Shown here: positions 29,908 to 38,690 of the stretch, one piece after another | Layout of the letters: each line of letters starts with the position of its first letter | Position numbering within the stretch: the first letter of the stretch is position 1 | Position numbers and translations under genes: made by a program | Notes under the pieces: model-generated | Databases searched by the model: none | What the model was told of the DNA's origin: nothing | Seen by the model: the letters and a program-made list of their open reading frames with translations, nothing else | Assembly: GCA_030637025.1 (NCBI GenBank) | Contig: DAOVVV010000012.1 | Coordinates: 1 to 61,595, forward strand | Length of the DNA: 61,595 nt | From: Clostridia bacterium | GTDB taxonomy: Bacteria > CBDUZB01 > JAGLHV01 | Direction: 5' to 3'

Positions 29908-30399
29908 ATGAAGAAAGGATTAAAAGTGTTATTTATGCTTGTTTTTATATTTACAATAAAGGGGATAGTAATAGCATCTAATATGGCTAGCCATCAGGTA
30001 ACAATTAATATAGTTGCTGTTGATGAATTAATTATTTCGGGGGGGAATGTCACCCTGGCTGTTGATTCGTCAATTGAAGAAAATCCATTGAAGGATGTTA
30101 GTGATAATGCTTGCGCTCTTGATTGGATGACTAATTCCGCTACAAATAAAAAAATTACCGGGCAGTTGGATTCTGATTATTCCTGCGGTATTTCATTAGC
30201 AGTAAATGTTGGTGTTGCCGGTGGTAATAGCGTTAGCACAGGAGAGCAAACACTTATTAGTGGAAATGCTGTGGATATTGTTACCGGAATGCATAGTGAA
30301 AATGTTGGGGGTAGTATCATTGGTTATACAATGTCTGCACTTGCAGATTTTCCCGGCAGTGAGACCAGGGCAGTTATTTACACCATTACCGACTATTAG
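29908..30399 (+). CDS. Orphan pilin-like subunit, paralog of 36104 and 36860
   Basis: Shares HQVTINIVAVDELIISGG, CALDWMTNS, KKITGQLD, MH.E and C-terminal IYTITD with the two operon subunits. Confidence 0.8.
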   Translation: MKKGLKVLFMLVFIFTIKGIVIASNMASHQVTINIVAVDELIISGGNVTLAVDSSIEENPLKDVSDNACALDWMTNSATNKKITGQLDSDYSCGISLAVNVGVAGGNSVSTGEQTLISGNAVDIVTGMHSENVGGSIIGYTMSALADFPGSETRAVIYTITDY

Positions 30400-30449
30400 A
30401 AAAATGAAATGGTAACTATAATTTTTAATTATTTTTTAGGGAGAAAAAA

Positions 30450-31013
30450 ATGAGATTACAGAAAAGTGAAAATGTTATTTATGAATTGCGGCCGGAAGCA
30501 AACGTTTTAAAAATTTGGTTTTTTACCAAATGTTTGCCTATTGCTTTTGTAGGAGGATTTTTGAGCTTCTGGTGTTTTGGTTTTTTTGGCGGGATGGTTG
30601 CTGTGGCTATAAAGTCGGATTCTCCCTGGCCGATTATAGCCGGTGGTATTGTCGCCATTATTGCTATTCCTGTTCTTTTGGTTTTAGGATTAATTTATTG
30701 CCGTTATCTTCGGCAGACTTATGTTTATTATATTACCAATCAACGTTGTGTTTTCCACGGTGGAATTGTCAGAAGGGTTGAACGTTCTGTTCCTTATCAC
30801 AAAATTACCGATGTGGAGATGAGTCAGAATATTATTGAGAGAATCCTTGGAATTTCCACTGTTAAGATTTTTACCCCGGGAACAGGAAGCATGATGGTTT
30901 CTCCTTTTGGAGGACAACGCGCAGAAATAGCTTTTGAAGGACTTAAAGATAATGAAACTCCTGCGGCAGCTATTAATGAAATATTAAGAAAGTTTAGATC
31001 AACAGGGGAGTAA
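30450..31013 (+). CDS. Membrane protein with bacterial PH domain (bPH_2/DUF304)
   Basis: Two TMs, then YYITNQR...GGIVRRVERSVPYHKITDVEMSQNIIERILGI. Confidence 0.85.
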   Translation: MRLQKSENVIYELRPEANVLKIWFFTKCLPIAFVGGFLSFWCFGFFGGMVAVAIKSDSPWPIIAGGIVAIIAIPVLLVLGLIYCRYLRQTYVYYITNQRCVFHGGIVRRVERSVPYHKITDVEMSQNIIERILGISTVKIFTPGTGSMMVSPFGGQRAEIAFEGLKDNETPAAAINEILRKFRSTGE

Positions 31014-31067
31014 TATTTTATCCGGAACAGTGGTTTTTAAGTTTATTTAGTAAGAAAACGGGATGAT

Positions 31068-31826
31068 ATGGAAAAAAATAAAACGATAATAAACATTGAG
31101 CAGGTAACTAAGAAATATTTTCAGGAAAAATTCTTTTTTAAAAAAAGAGAGATTGTAGCTATTAGCAATCTTAGTTTACAAATTAAGCAAGGTGAAATAT
31201 TCGGTTTGATTGGACCAAATGGTTCCGGTAAAACGACAATTATGAATATGATTATTGGTTATATTAAACCAACTACCGGGGTTATAGATGTTTTTAACCA
31301 AAGAGTTAACAGTAATTGTTTGAACGATTTTAGGGAGAAACTGGGATATTTACCGGAAGGTAATACTTTACATGATTATTTTAGAGTAGAAGACTTATTG
31401 GATTTTTATGGTTCGTTTTTTAAATTAACCGATAAGCAAAAAAAAGAAAGGATAAATGTTCTCCTGGAGGAACTGGGACTGGAGCATAAAAGAAAAGAGA
31501 TTGTAAAGAATTTATCAATTGGCCAAAAGCGTGCACTTGGTTTGGCTCAGTCGTTAATTAATGATCCGGAATTGCTTATATTGGATGAACCAACTGTTTA
31601 TCTTGATCCGGTAATTTTAAACCGGTTCCGGTCGATGCTGATTAAGTTAAAAGAAAGGGGTAGAACTGTTTTTTTGTCTTCCCATATCCTTTCCGAGGTA
31701 GAAAAAGTATCTGATAGAGTAGCTATAATAAACAAAGGTAAATTAGTAGCTTTGAAACATACTCGGGAATTAACCCGACAGGGGTCACTGGATAAAGAAT
31801 TTTTGAGATTAATCGGTGTTGAATGA
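31068..31826 (+). CDS. ABC transporter ATP-binding protein
   Basis: GPNGSGKTT, LSIGQ, LILDEPT, SSH. Confidence 0.92.
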   Translation: MEKNKTIINIEQVTKKYFQEKFFFKKREIVAISNLSLQIKQGEIFGLIGPNGSGKTTIMNMIIGYIKPTTGVIDVFNQRVNSNCLNDFREKLGYLPEGNTLHDYFRVEDLLDFYGSFFKLTDKQKKERINVLLEELGLEHKRKEIVKNLSIGQKRALGLAQSLINDPELLILDEPTVYLDPVILNRFRSMLIKLKERGRTVFLSSHILSEVEKVSDRVAIINKGKLVALKHTRELTRQGSLDKEFLRLIGVE

Positions 31827-31835
31827 GGAATAAAG

Positions 31836-32627
31836 ATGCTCGATAGAATTAAAATAATTTATTTAATAGCTAAAAATGTGTTCAAGGCATCCTTACGGGA
31901 TAGAGTAATGTACGGACTTGTGTTTCTTTCTTTATTGTTTATTTCTATGGCTCATTTGCCTTTTGTGCTAAAGGAAATTCCGGGTTTTAAAGGGGAAATA
32001 CCGCTTAATATGGCTATTCAGATAGGTTTCTTTTTTATAACTATTTTCATGTTTTTGATAGTAGTTTTTGTATCTTTAGGAATACTACAGGACCAGTTGG
32101 AATCCGGTAAAATGCTATTGATCTTGTCTAAACCAATAAGAAGAGGGGAGGTACTCCTGGGAATTAATCTGGGACTGGTAGAGATACTTTTCTTAAATTG
32201 GTTGGTAATTACCGGTGGACTATGGTTAACCGCTTTTATTCATACCGGGCAGTTAAACCTTAATATATTTTTAGGGATGGGGGTTATTTTTTTGATGGCT
32301 GTTCTTTTTTTGTCACTTATAATAACCATATATACTTTTATTCCTTCCGGTTTGAGCGGTCTTTTAGCCTTTTTAGTCTTCCTGGGTAGTTTTGGAGCTG
32401 CTAATGCAATACATTTAACCCGGTGGATGGATTATCCCCTTTTACTAAACTCCACTAAAATTATTATTAAATGTTTCCCCAGGGTAGTTCCCTTATTGGC
32501 AGTTTCTATGAAAACATTGGGAATGATATCAATAGAGGTAAATTTTGTAGCGCCTATAGTGCATACTTTAATTTCTATAATTATTTTTAATTTGGTTGCA
32601 TTTTTTAAATTTAATCAGATAAAATAA
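31836..32627 (+). CDS. ABC-2 type permease
   Basis: About six TMs; ILSKPIRRGEVLLG motif; adjacent to the ATPase. Confidence 0.85.
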   Translation: MLDRIKIIYLIAKNVFKASLRDRVMYGLVFLSLLFISMAHLPFVLKEIPGFKGEIPLNMAIQIGFFFITIFMFLIVVFVSLGILQDQLESGKMLLILSKPIRRGEVLLGINLGLVEILFLNWLVITGGLWLTAFIHTGQLNLNIFLGMGVIFLMAVLFLSLIITIYTFIPSGLSGLLAFLVFLGSFGAANAIHLTRWMDYPLLLNSTKIIIKCFPRVVPLLAVSMKTLGMISIEVNFVAPIVHTLISIIIFNLVAFFKFNQIK

Positions 32628-32699
32628 AAAATGCATACAGTGAATTATTAAAGAGCATCAAGTTAGCTAAAATTAAAAAACGAGGAGGCAAAGTATCCG

Positions 32700-33797
32700 G
32701 TGGTTAATAAAAGTTGTATCATTAAATTACTAATTATTTTATTTTTATGTTCGGGTATTTGTACCGGTGTAGAAGAAAAATCATCTATTGATAAAGAAAA
32801 ACTTAAAAAACGTGTAGAATTGTTTTTAAAAGAAAATAATGTTACCCTGAGACGGAATGTAGAGGATGTTTTTTTATTGGCGGAAATTTATGAAAAAGAG
32901 GGGAAAGATAAAGATGCTATGTTTCTTTATCAGGAAGGATTGAGAGTCAATAGTTGGCGTTTGGATTATCAATTTAAGCTGGCACAGCTTATGTATAAGT
33001 ATGGGGATAAAAAACAGGCAGTAGAAAAAGTAAAGATCGTAAGTCAATATGCAGAAGATGAAGGGCTTTTGATAAAGGCGGAAGAATTTCTTTTTAACCT
33101 GGGGATGAACCCGGTTAAAAGTATAAATAAAACAGAAAGGAAATTGATTAAAGATCAGGAAATAGTTTTAGTTCCTATAGGGAAAGTGAATAAGTATCTT
33201 TTATCGGAAGTAAAACATAAACTGCAGGAAAAAATGGGTATAAGTTATTCTGTTATGGAAGAGGAAATTGACCCTGGAAAGTTTGACCGCAGTTATTTGG
33301 ATAAATATACGATAGATACAAAGAGGAAGTTACTGGTTAGCTTTTTGAGGTTAATCCCTGAACAGAACAAAAGGTTTGAAGAATTGGAAAATCAAGGACA
33401 ATTTAATGCTTCACGTTTAATTTTAGAACTAAAGGATAACTATATAATTGAGAAAGTTTCTAAGGTTAAAGGCTATCTGGGAATAACCCGGAAAGATATT
33501 TTTAATGGAAATAGTAATTTTCTTTTTGGTTGGGCCGGGAAAGACTACGGGGTAATGTCTTATCATCGCTTTTTAGCAACATTTAATCAGGAACCGCCTA
33601 ACCGTTCAAGGTTATGTGATCGTATAGTAAAACAAGGGGTATCCAGTTCGTTTTTTATTCTGGGTATTCCTCGCTGTACGAATCCTACCTGTATTAGGTC
33701 TTATCCCCATAATTTAACCGAACATGACCATAAAGGCATGGAATTATGTCCCTGGTGCCGGGAACAATTAAAGCTTATATTAGATAGAAAAAGATAA
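32700..33797 (+). CDS. Exported TPR + archaemetzincin (M54)-like protein lacking the HExxH motif
   Basis: TPR helices; GYLGITRKDIF...NFLFG; C..P.C...LC.WC Cys cluster. Confidence 0.7.
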   Translation: MVNKSCIIKLLIILFLCSGICTGVEEKSSIDKEKLKKRVELFLKENNVTLRRNVEDVFLLAEIYEKEGKDKDAMFLYQEGLRVNSWRLDYQFKLAQLMYKYGDKKQAVEKVKIVSQYAEDEGLLIKAEEFLFNLGMNPVKSINKTERKLIKDQEIVLVPIGKVNKYLLSEVKHKLQEKMGISYSVMEEEIDPGKFDRSYLDKYTIDTKRKLLVSFLRLIPEQNKRFEELENQGQFNASRLILELKDNYIIEKVSKVKGYLGITRKDIFNGNSNFLFGWAGKDYGVMSYHRFLATFNQEPPNRSRLCDRIVKQGVSSSFFILGIPRCTNPTCIRSYPHNLTEHDHKGMELCPWCREQLKLILDRKR

Positions 33798-33867
33798 GGA
33801 GGAATGGGCAGGAAGAATGTATTATTTTGCAGAAGTCTAAGAAATATTTTATAAAAGGGAGGTAAGT

Positions 33868-34590
33868 ATGCGTCGTTTGTTTGTTTTGCTGTTTTTTGGG
33901 GTGATTATGGTTTCTGGATATCTCTGGGGGGAGAAGGTTAAACCACTACGGGATGGAGTTAAGGTTTACCATGATAAGCTGGGGGTTAAAGGAAATGAAG
34001 TTATAGGAACTCTTACTCCTGCAGCATCGGTTAAGTCTATTGGAAGTAAGGGTGAATGGATAAAAATTAATTTAACGGGGTGGGTTATGAAAAATCAGAT
34101 GAAAAAAGATTCAAGTAAAGTTGTTTTACCTAAAGCAGTTATTAAAACAAATTATGGAAAGATTGTTGTAGAGCTCTTTATAGAGCGTGCTCCGCGTACT
34201 GTAGAAAATTTTATAAAACTTACAGAGAAAGGATTCTATAATGGAATTATTTTTCATCGGGTTATTCCGGATTTTATGGTTCAGACCGGAGATCCGACAG
34301 GAACAGGGCGGGGAGGACCAGGGTATAAATTTGCGGATGAATTTCATCCCCAACTTCGACACAATAAACCGGGAATACTTTCCATGGCCAATTCCGGTCC
34401 CAATACCAATGGCAGTCAATTCTTTATAATAGTTAAACCTACTTCCTGGTTAGACAATCGTCATACAGTATTTGGACAGGTTATAGAAGGAATGGATGTA
34501 GTAGATAAAATTGTTAATGTTTCCCGGAACAATCAGGATTGTCCGTTAGAAAAAGTAGTTATGGAAGAGGTTACAATTATAAGACAATAG
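33868..34590 (+). CDS. Exported cyclophilin-type peptidyl-prolyl cis-trans isomerase with N-terminal SH3-like domain
   Basis: [41 protein letters not shown]. Confidence 0.93.
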   Translation: MRRLFVLLFFGVIMVSGYLWGEKVKPLRDGVKVYHDKLGVKGNEVIGTLTPAASVKSIGSKGEWIKINLTGWVMKNQMKKDSSKVVLPKAVIKTNYGKIVVELFIERAPRTVENFIKLTEKGFYNGIIFHRVIPDFMVQTGDPTGTGRGGPGYKFADEFHPQLRHNKPGILSMANSGPNTNGSQFFIIVKPTSWLDNRHTVFGQVIEGMDVVDKIVNVSRNNQDCPLEKVVMEEVTIIRQ

Positions 34591-34626
34591 TTTTTAATAA
34601 ATAAGATGGGTTATTAAAAGGTGTTT

Positions 34627-34790
34627 AATAAAGGGAAAATATGTTTTTGTCTAAATGCGTAATTTTACCCTGTGGACACGCAAAAATAAGCTAAAAATGA
34701 GCAACTCGCTTTACTCAGACAGGCTCATTTTTTTAACGCATATTTTTACTAAAATTCGCTAAGTCGTTCAAAACTCATTTTGCCTTTATT
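34627..34790. repeat. 164-bp long-hairpin / MITE-like repeat, copy 1
   Basis: 21-bp terminal inverted repeats and nested internal stems; full copy at 49663-49826, right-end fragment at 51220-51265. Confidence 0.85.
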
Positions 34791-34907
34791 GCCTGCCCGC
34801 CAGTCCTTAAGGCGGGTCATTCCTGCGGAAGCAGGAATCTATTGATATTTTAAGAACATTATAGATTCCGCATCATCCTCCGCCTCAGGCGGATGAGGCG
34901 GAGCGGA
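34791..34907. repeat. Cluster of REP-like GC-rich palindromes
   Basis: GCCTGCCCGCCAGTCCTTAAGGCGGGTCATTCC is the reverse complement of about 27733-27766 (one mismatch); CATCCTCCGCCTCAGGCGGA is shared with 27711-27730. Confidence 0.75.
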
Positions 34908-34956
34908 AGGTGTTATTTAGCATAACTCTTAAAATCAATTTAAAAAGGAGGTTAGT

Positions 34957-35241
34957 ATGTCAACATTTTTTATGATGGGGAAGTATTCAGCATCAGCAGT
35001 AAACGGGGTTTCTTCCGGGCGTACAAATGAGGCGGTTGGTCTTATTGAGAAATTCGGAGGAAAAGTAAATTCTATGTATGCTTTGATGGGTGGATATGAT
35101 TTAGTGCTTATTGTAGATTTTCCCGGGGTAGGGGAAGCAATGAAAGCATCGATTGCCTTAAGTAAATTAACCGGGATTTCATTTTCTACCTTTCCGGCAG
35201 TAACGGTAGATCAGTTTGATAAAATGATTAATGAGTTGTAA
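34957..35241 (+). CDS. GYD domain-containing protein
   Basis: GGKVNSMYALMGGYDLVLIVDFP; AAGGAGG RBS. Confidence 0.85.
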   Translation: MSTFFMMGKYSASAVNGVSSGRTNEAVGLIEKFGGKVNSMYALMGGYDLVLIVDFPGVGEAMKASIALSKLTGISFSTFPAVTVDQFDKMINEL

Positions 35242-35307
35242 AATCTGTTGCTAAATTATGTTTCTGAGGCAGTAAAATAATAAATAGTATTATTATAATT
35301 TTTCACC

Positions 35308-35335
35308 TTGACAAATATTATAAAGGTGATATCTT
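35308..35335 (+). promoter_or_regulatory. Sigma70-like promoter for the riboswitch-pilus operon
   Basis: TTGACA-N16-TATCTT with extended TG. Confidence 0.5.
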
Positions 35336-35404
35336 TATATTGAAAGATGTGATAAAAGTCACAAAAAGATAAAACGGCAATTAAATAAAGCCGTTGTAAT
35401 TTAC

Positions 35405-35487
35405 TCTGATAAGGGCAAACTTCGGGAGACCGAAGGACGCAAAACTGCGGGTCCACAATTATAGTGGAAAGCCGGGTTACCAAAGAG
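35405..35487 (+). ncRNA. c-di-GMP-I (GEMM) riboswitch aptamer
   Basis: AAGGGCAAAC-TTCGG-GAGA-CCGAAG-GACGCAAAAC...GGGTC...AGCCGGGTTACC matches the GEMM consensus, including a GNRA loop and G20. Confidence 0.92.
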
Positions 35488-35502
35488 TGCAAAGAAGTAA
35501 AC

Positions 35503-35544
35503 CCGGGTTAACCGCAAAAAATGCGAAGTGACCCGGTTTTTTTT
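35503..35544 (+). terminator. Intrinsic terminator (riboswitch expression platform)
   Basis: CCGGGTTA...TGACCCGG stem followed by T8. Confidence 0.8.
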
Positions 35545-35571
35545 ATACAGACAAAAAGAGGAAATGAAAGA

Positions 35572-36003
35572 ATGAAAAAACGAATATTTATCTTTTTTGT
35601 GTTTTTTGTGCTTTTTATGTGGGGGAGCAATAGCTATGCTTCTTCTGTTGTTGAGGACAATTCTTTATTATCTGCAACTTCAGGCGATTTTTATCTTCGG
35701 GTAAAGATGCAATTTTTACCCCTTTATTTGGTTTTCCCTGATTTGGATGTTCGCGATGAAGAAAACAAGCCGTTAAAAGATTGCAAAGATTTGTTTTTGA
35801 ATACTATGAATTATAGGGATAATATTTTAAACGTTTGGGGGGTTATCAAAAAAAGACTAAAAATAGGGGATATAAAATTAACTATAATAAACTTAAACAA
35901 ATTACAAATTGCAAGATCCTTCAAATATACAGCATATTCGGATACTGCTGAATACCTTTCTAAAGAAGACCTTTCTTTAAAACTACAAGTTATTCTTTGT
36001 TGA
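35572..36003 (+). CDS. Hypothetical exported protein, first gene after the riboswitch
   Basis: AGAGG RBS; signal peptide MKKRIFIFFVFFVLFMWGSNSYA. Confidence 0.6.
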   Translation: MKKRIFIFFVFFVLFMWGSNSYASSVVEDNSLLSATSGDFYLRVKMQFLPLYLVFPDLDVRDEENKPLKDCKDLFLNTMNYRDNILNVWGVIKKRLKIGDIKLTIINLNKLQIARSFKYTAYSDTAEYLSKEDLSLKLQVILC

Positions 36004-36103
36004 AACCTCTTTTTCCTCAAGGACGTGTCTCTAAGTAAAATCCATTTAAAAAAGTACAAAGCAAAAAATTAAAAAAATAAAATGATTTAAAGGAGGTAGG
36101 AAA

Positions 36104-36595
36104 ATGAAAAAATTAACAATTCTCTTAATAGCAATTGGACTTATACTACAAATAAGCGGGATAGCAATGGCCGCTAACAATGATAATCATCTGGTCACCA
36201 TTACCATAGTTGCGGTAAATGAGCTGGCTATTACCGGGGGTGATATCACCCTGACCATTAATTCCGCAACAGCCGGAAGTGGATTGACTAATGCTACAGA
36301 CAATACTTGTGCACTTGACTGGACGACCAACTCCGGGACGAACAAAAAGATTACCGGGCAGTTAGATACTGATTATTCAGCAGGTATCTCATTATCCGTA
36401 AATGTTACTGTGGCTGGTGGTAATGGTGCTAGTCAGGGGAACCAAGCACTTACTAGTGGTAGTGCAGCGGATTTAGTTCGTGATATGCATAATGAGTTTG
36501 TAAGTGCCAATACTTTAGGTTATACTGCATCAGCTCCTACTGCTTCACCAGTTAGTGAGGCAAAGACTGTTACTTATACAATCCTTGATCAATAA
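36104..36595 (+). CDS. Pilin-like subunit 1 (putative major subunit)
   Basis: Strong AAGGAGG RBS; Sec signal (AMA|A); beta-rich 140-aa mature chain ending VTYTILDQ; followed by a terminator. Confidence 0.7.
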   Translation: MKKLTILLIAIGLILQISGIAMAANNDNHLVTITIVAVNELAITGGDITLTINSATAGSGLTNATDNTCALDWTTNSGTNKKITGQLDTDYSAGISLSVNVTVAGGNGASQGNQALTSGSAADLVRDMHNEFVSANTLGYTASAPTASPVSEAKTVTYTILDQ

Positions 36596-36618
36596 TTAAT
36601 ATATAGACTACAAGGGGG

Positions 36619-36651
36619 AAGGGGGGGGAGAAATCCCCCCTTTATTTTTTT
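36619..36651 (+). terminator. Intrinsic terminator after pilin-like subunit 1
   Basis: AAGGGGGG-loop-CCCCCCTT followed by a T-run. Confidence 0.7.
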
Positions 36652-36859
36652 ATATAGTTGCTGTCTATATAAAAACATTTGAATACTGCTGTTTACCTTT
36701 CTGGGAAAATCTTTCTTTAAAATTAAAATTTATTCTTTATTGAAATTGTTTTTTTCTCAAAAAATAGTTTTCAAAGAAAATAAATTTAAAAAAAAATACA
36801 AAGTAAACAAATTAAATGTTTGACTAAAAAAAGAAAAAATAATATAATTCGAAAAGAGG

Positions 36860-37357
36860 ATGAAAATGAAAAAACTGCTAATTATCTTGATAACAATAGG
36901 AATAGCGTTTCAAATAAACGGGATAGCAATGGCTGCTAATAATGATAATCATCAAGTATCCATTATGGTGGTTGCAATCAATGAATTGGCTATTACCGGA
37001 GGTAATATTACCCTGACCATTAATACCGCAACGGCCGGAAGCGGACTGAACAATGTTACAGATAATACCTGTGCCCTTGATTGGACCACTAACTCCGGTA
37101 CTAACAAAAAAGTTACCGGGCAATTAGATACTGATTATTTGGCGGGTATTACCTTAGCTGTGAATATTACTGTGGCTGGTGGTAACGGTACTAGTCAGGG
37201 GAATCAAACACTTATTAGTGCTTCTGCAGTAGACTTGGTTACGGGAATGCATAATGAATTTGTTAGTGGTAATACCCTTGGTTATACGGCATCAGCTCCT
37301 ACTGTTTCTCCGGTCAGTGAGACTAAGACAGTTACTTATACAGTTATTGACCAGTGA
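36860..37357 (+). CDS. Pilin-like subunit 2 (close paralog of subunit 1)
   Basis: Colinear with and highly similar to the 36104-36595 protein. Confidence 0.7.
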   Translation: MKMKKLLIILITIGIAFQINGIAMAANNDNHQVSIMVVAINELAITGGNITLTINTATAGSGLNNVTDNTCALDWTTNSGTNKKVTGQLDTDYLAGITLAVNITVAGGNGTSQGNQTLISASAVDLVTGMHNEFVSGNTLGYTASAPTVSPVSETKTVTYTVIDQ

Positions 37358-37393
37358 TTGGAGGTGTTTTCTTACCCTCAGGGGTAAGCAATA

Positions 37394-37867
37394 ATGAAGA
37401 AAAAAGTTTTTATTATATCAATTTTGTTATGCTGGTTTTTTATTTTTCCCCGGGGAATATTTGTTTTTGCTGCCTCTTTGAGCGTTACCGGGGGAGATAT
37501 TGTTTTAACTATTTCTACTGCCGTTGCCGGAGGAAATCCGGACCCGGTTACGAGTGAAGTTAACGGACTTAGCTATTGGGCAAATCCTCAAACATATAAA
37601 ATAACTGCAAAAACGAGTTTAGTCGCTCCTCTGTTTACTTTGAGGGTTCTGGCCAAAAATGTTCAAACCGGGGGTAGTGGTAGTGGTGGAACCGCTCAGG
37701 CCCAGATAACTCTGAGTACAACCGACCAGGATATTATTCTGGGTACTACCAGAGGTGTATTAGCTAATCCTCACACTTGTATTCTGGAGTATACTGCTTC
37801 GGCTACAGCAGTGCAGGGAACCGGAAGTGATGTTCATATTATTACTTATACTATTATAAGACAGTAG
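37394..37867 (+). CDS. Pilin-like subunit 3 (divergent; putative minor/tip subunit)
   Basis: Signal peptide; shares TGGDIVLTISTAVAG, KIT, YTASA and ITYTII with the other subunits. Confidence 0.62.
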   Translation: MKKKVFIISILLCWFFIFPRGIFVFAASLSVTGGDIVLTISTAVAGGNPDPVTSEVNGLSYWANPQTYKITAKTSLVAPLFTLRVLAKNVQTGGSGSGGTAQAQITLSTTDQDIILGTTRGVLANPHTCILEYTASATAVQGTGSDVHIITYTIIRQ

Positions 37868-37877
37868 ATAAAGGAAA

Positions 37878-38690
37878 ATGATGATAAAAAATATTGTTAA
37901 AGGGTTTATCTTTTTTTTATTTCTTATTTCAACGGAGGTTTATGCCGGTTTTTCGGTGATAGGGGAATTAACCAGGGAAAGAAATGTACAATGCGGAGAA
38001 AAATTCCAAGAAAGAATTCTTTTAAAAAATAAGGGAAATACTCCCGCTCATGTAAAGATTTATCAAACGGATTATCTTTTTTTTGCTGATGGAAAAAATA
38101 TCTATGGAGAACCAGGGGATATTTCCCGTTCTAATGGTAAGTGGATTACGGTAGATTCCAGTCGGCTTGTTATTCCTCCTAAAAATACTGCTTCTTTTAA
38201 TTACAGTGTCCGGGTACCTCAAAAAAGTGATTTAAAAGGGACATATTGGAGTATAATTATGGTAGAATCAATACCTGCGATAACTCCGGAAAAAGATGAC
38301 AATAAAAAAAGAAAAGGTGAATTCGGTATTCAGACGCGTATACGTTATGGAATACAAATTGTTACCCATATTATGGATACAGGAACCCGTAATATCAAGT
38401 TTTTAGACAAGAAACTAATTAGTAAAAAAGGAAAAAGGATTCTTCAATTGGACATTGGAAATACCGGAGAAAGGCTGCTTGTTCCTTTTGTTTGGGCGGA
38501 GTTTTATAATAAAAACGGTATAAATGTCGGTCGTTTTGAAAGTAAGAAGTTACGGATTTATCCGGAATGTTCGGTAAGGCATAGTATTGATTTAAGTACT
38601 GTGAAGAAGGGCAAATATAAAGTTTTAGTAATAGTTGATAATGAAGATGGATATGTTTTTGGAGCACGATATAATTTAAGGATTAAATAA
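37878..38690 (+). CDS. Putative periplasmic pilus assembly chaperone (PapD-like two-Ig-domain protein)
   Basis: Signal peptide; ILLKNKG, WITV..SRLVIPP, GTYWSIIMVE, RYGIQI, second domain NTGER; lies between the subunits and the large OM protein. Confidence 0.6.
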   Translation: MMIKNIVKGFIFFLFLISTEVYAGFSVIGELTRERNVQCGEKFQERILLKNKGNTPAHVKIYQTDYLFFADGKNIYGEPGDISRSNGKWITVDSSRLVIPPKNTASFNYSVRVPQKSDLKGTYWSIIMVESIPAITPEKDDNKKRKGEFGIQTRIRYGIQIVTHIMDTGTRNIKFLDKKLISKKGKRILQLDIGNTGERLLVPFVWAEFYNKNGINVGRFESKKLRIYPECSVRHSIDLSTVKKGKYKVLVIVDNEDGYVFGARYNLRIK

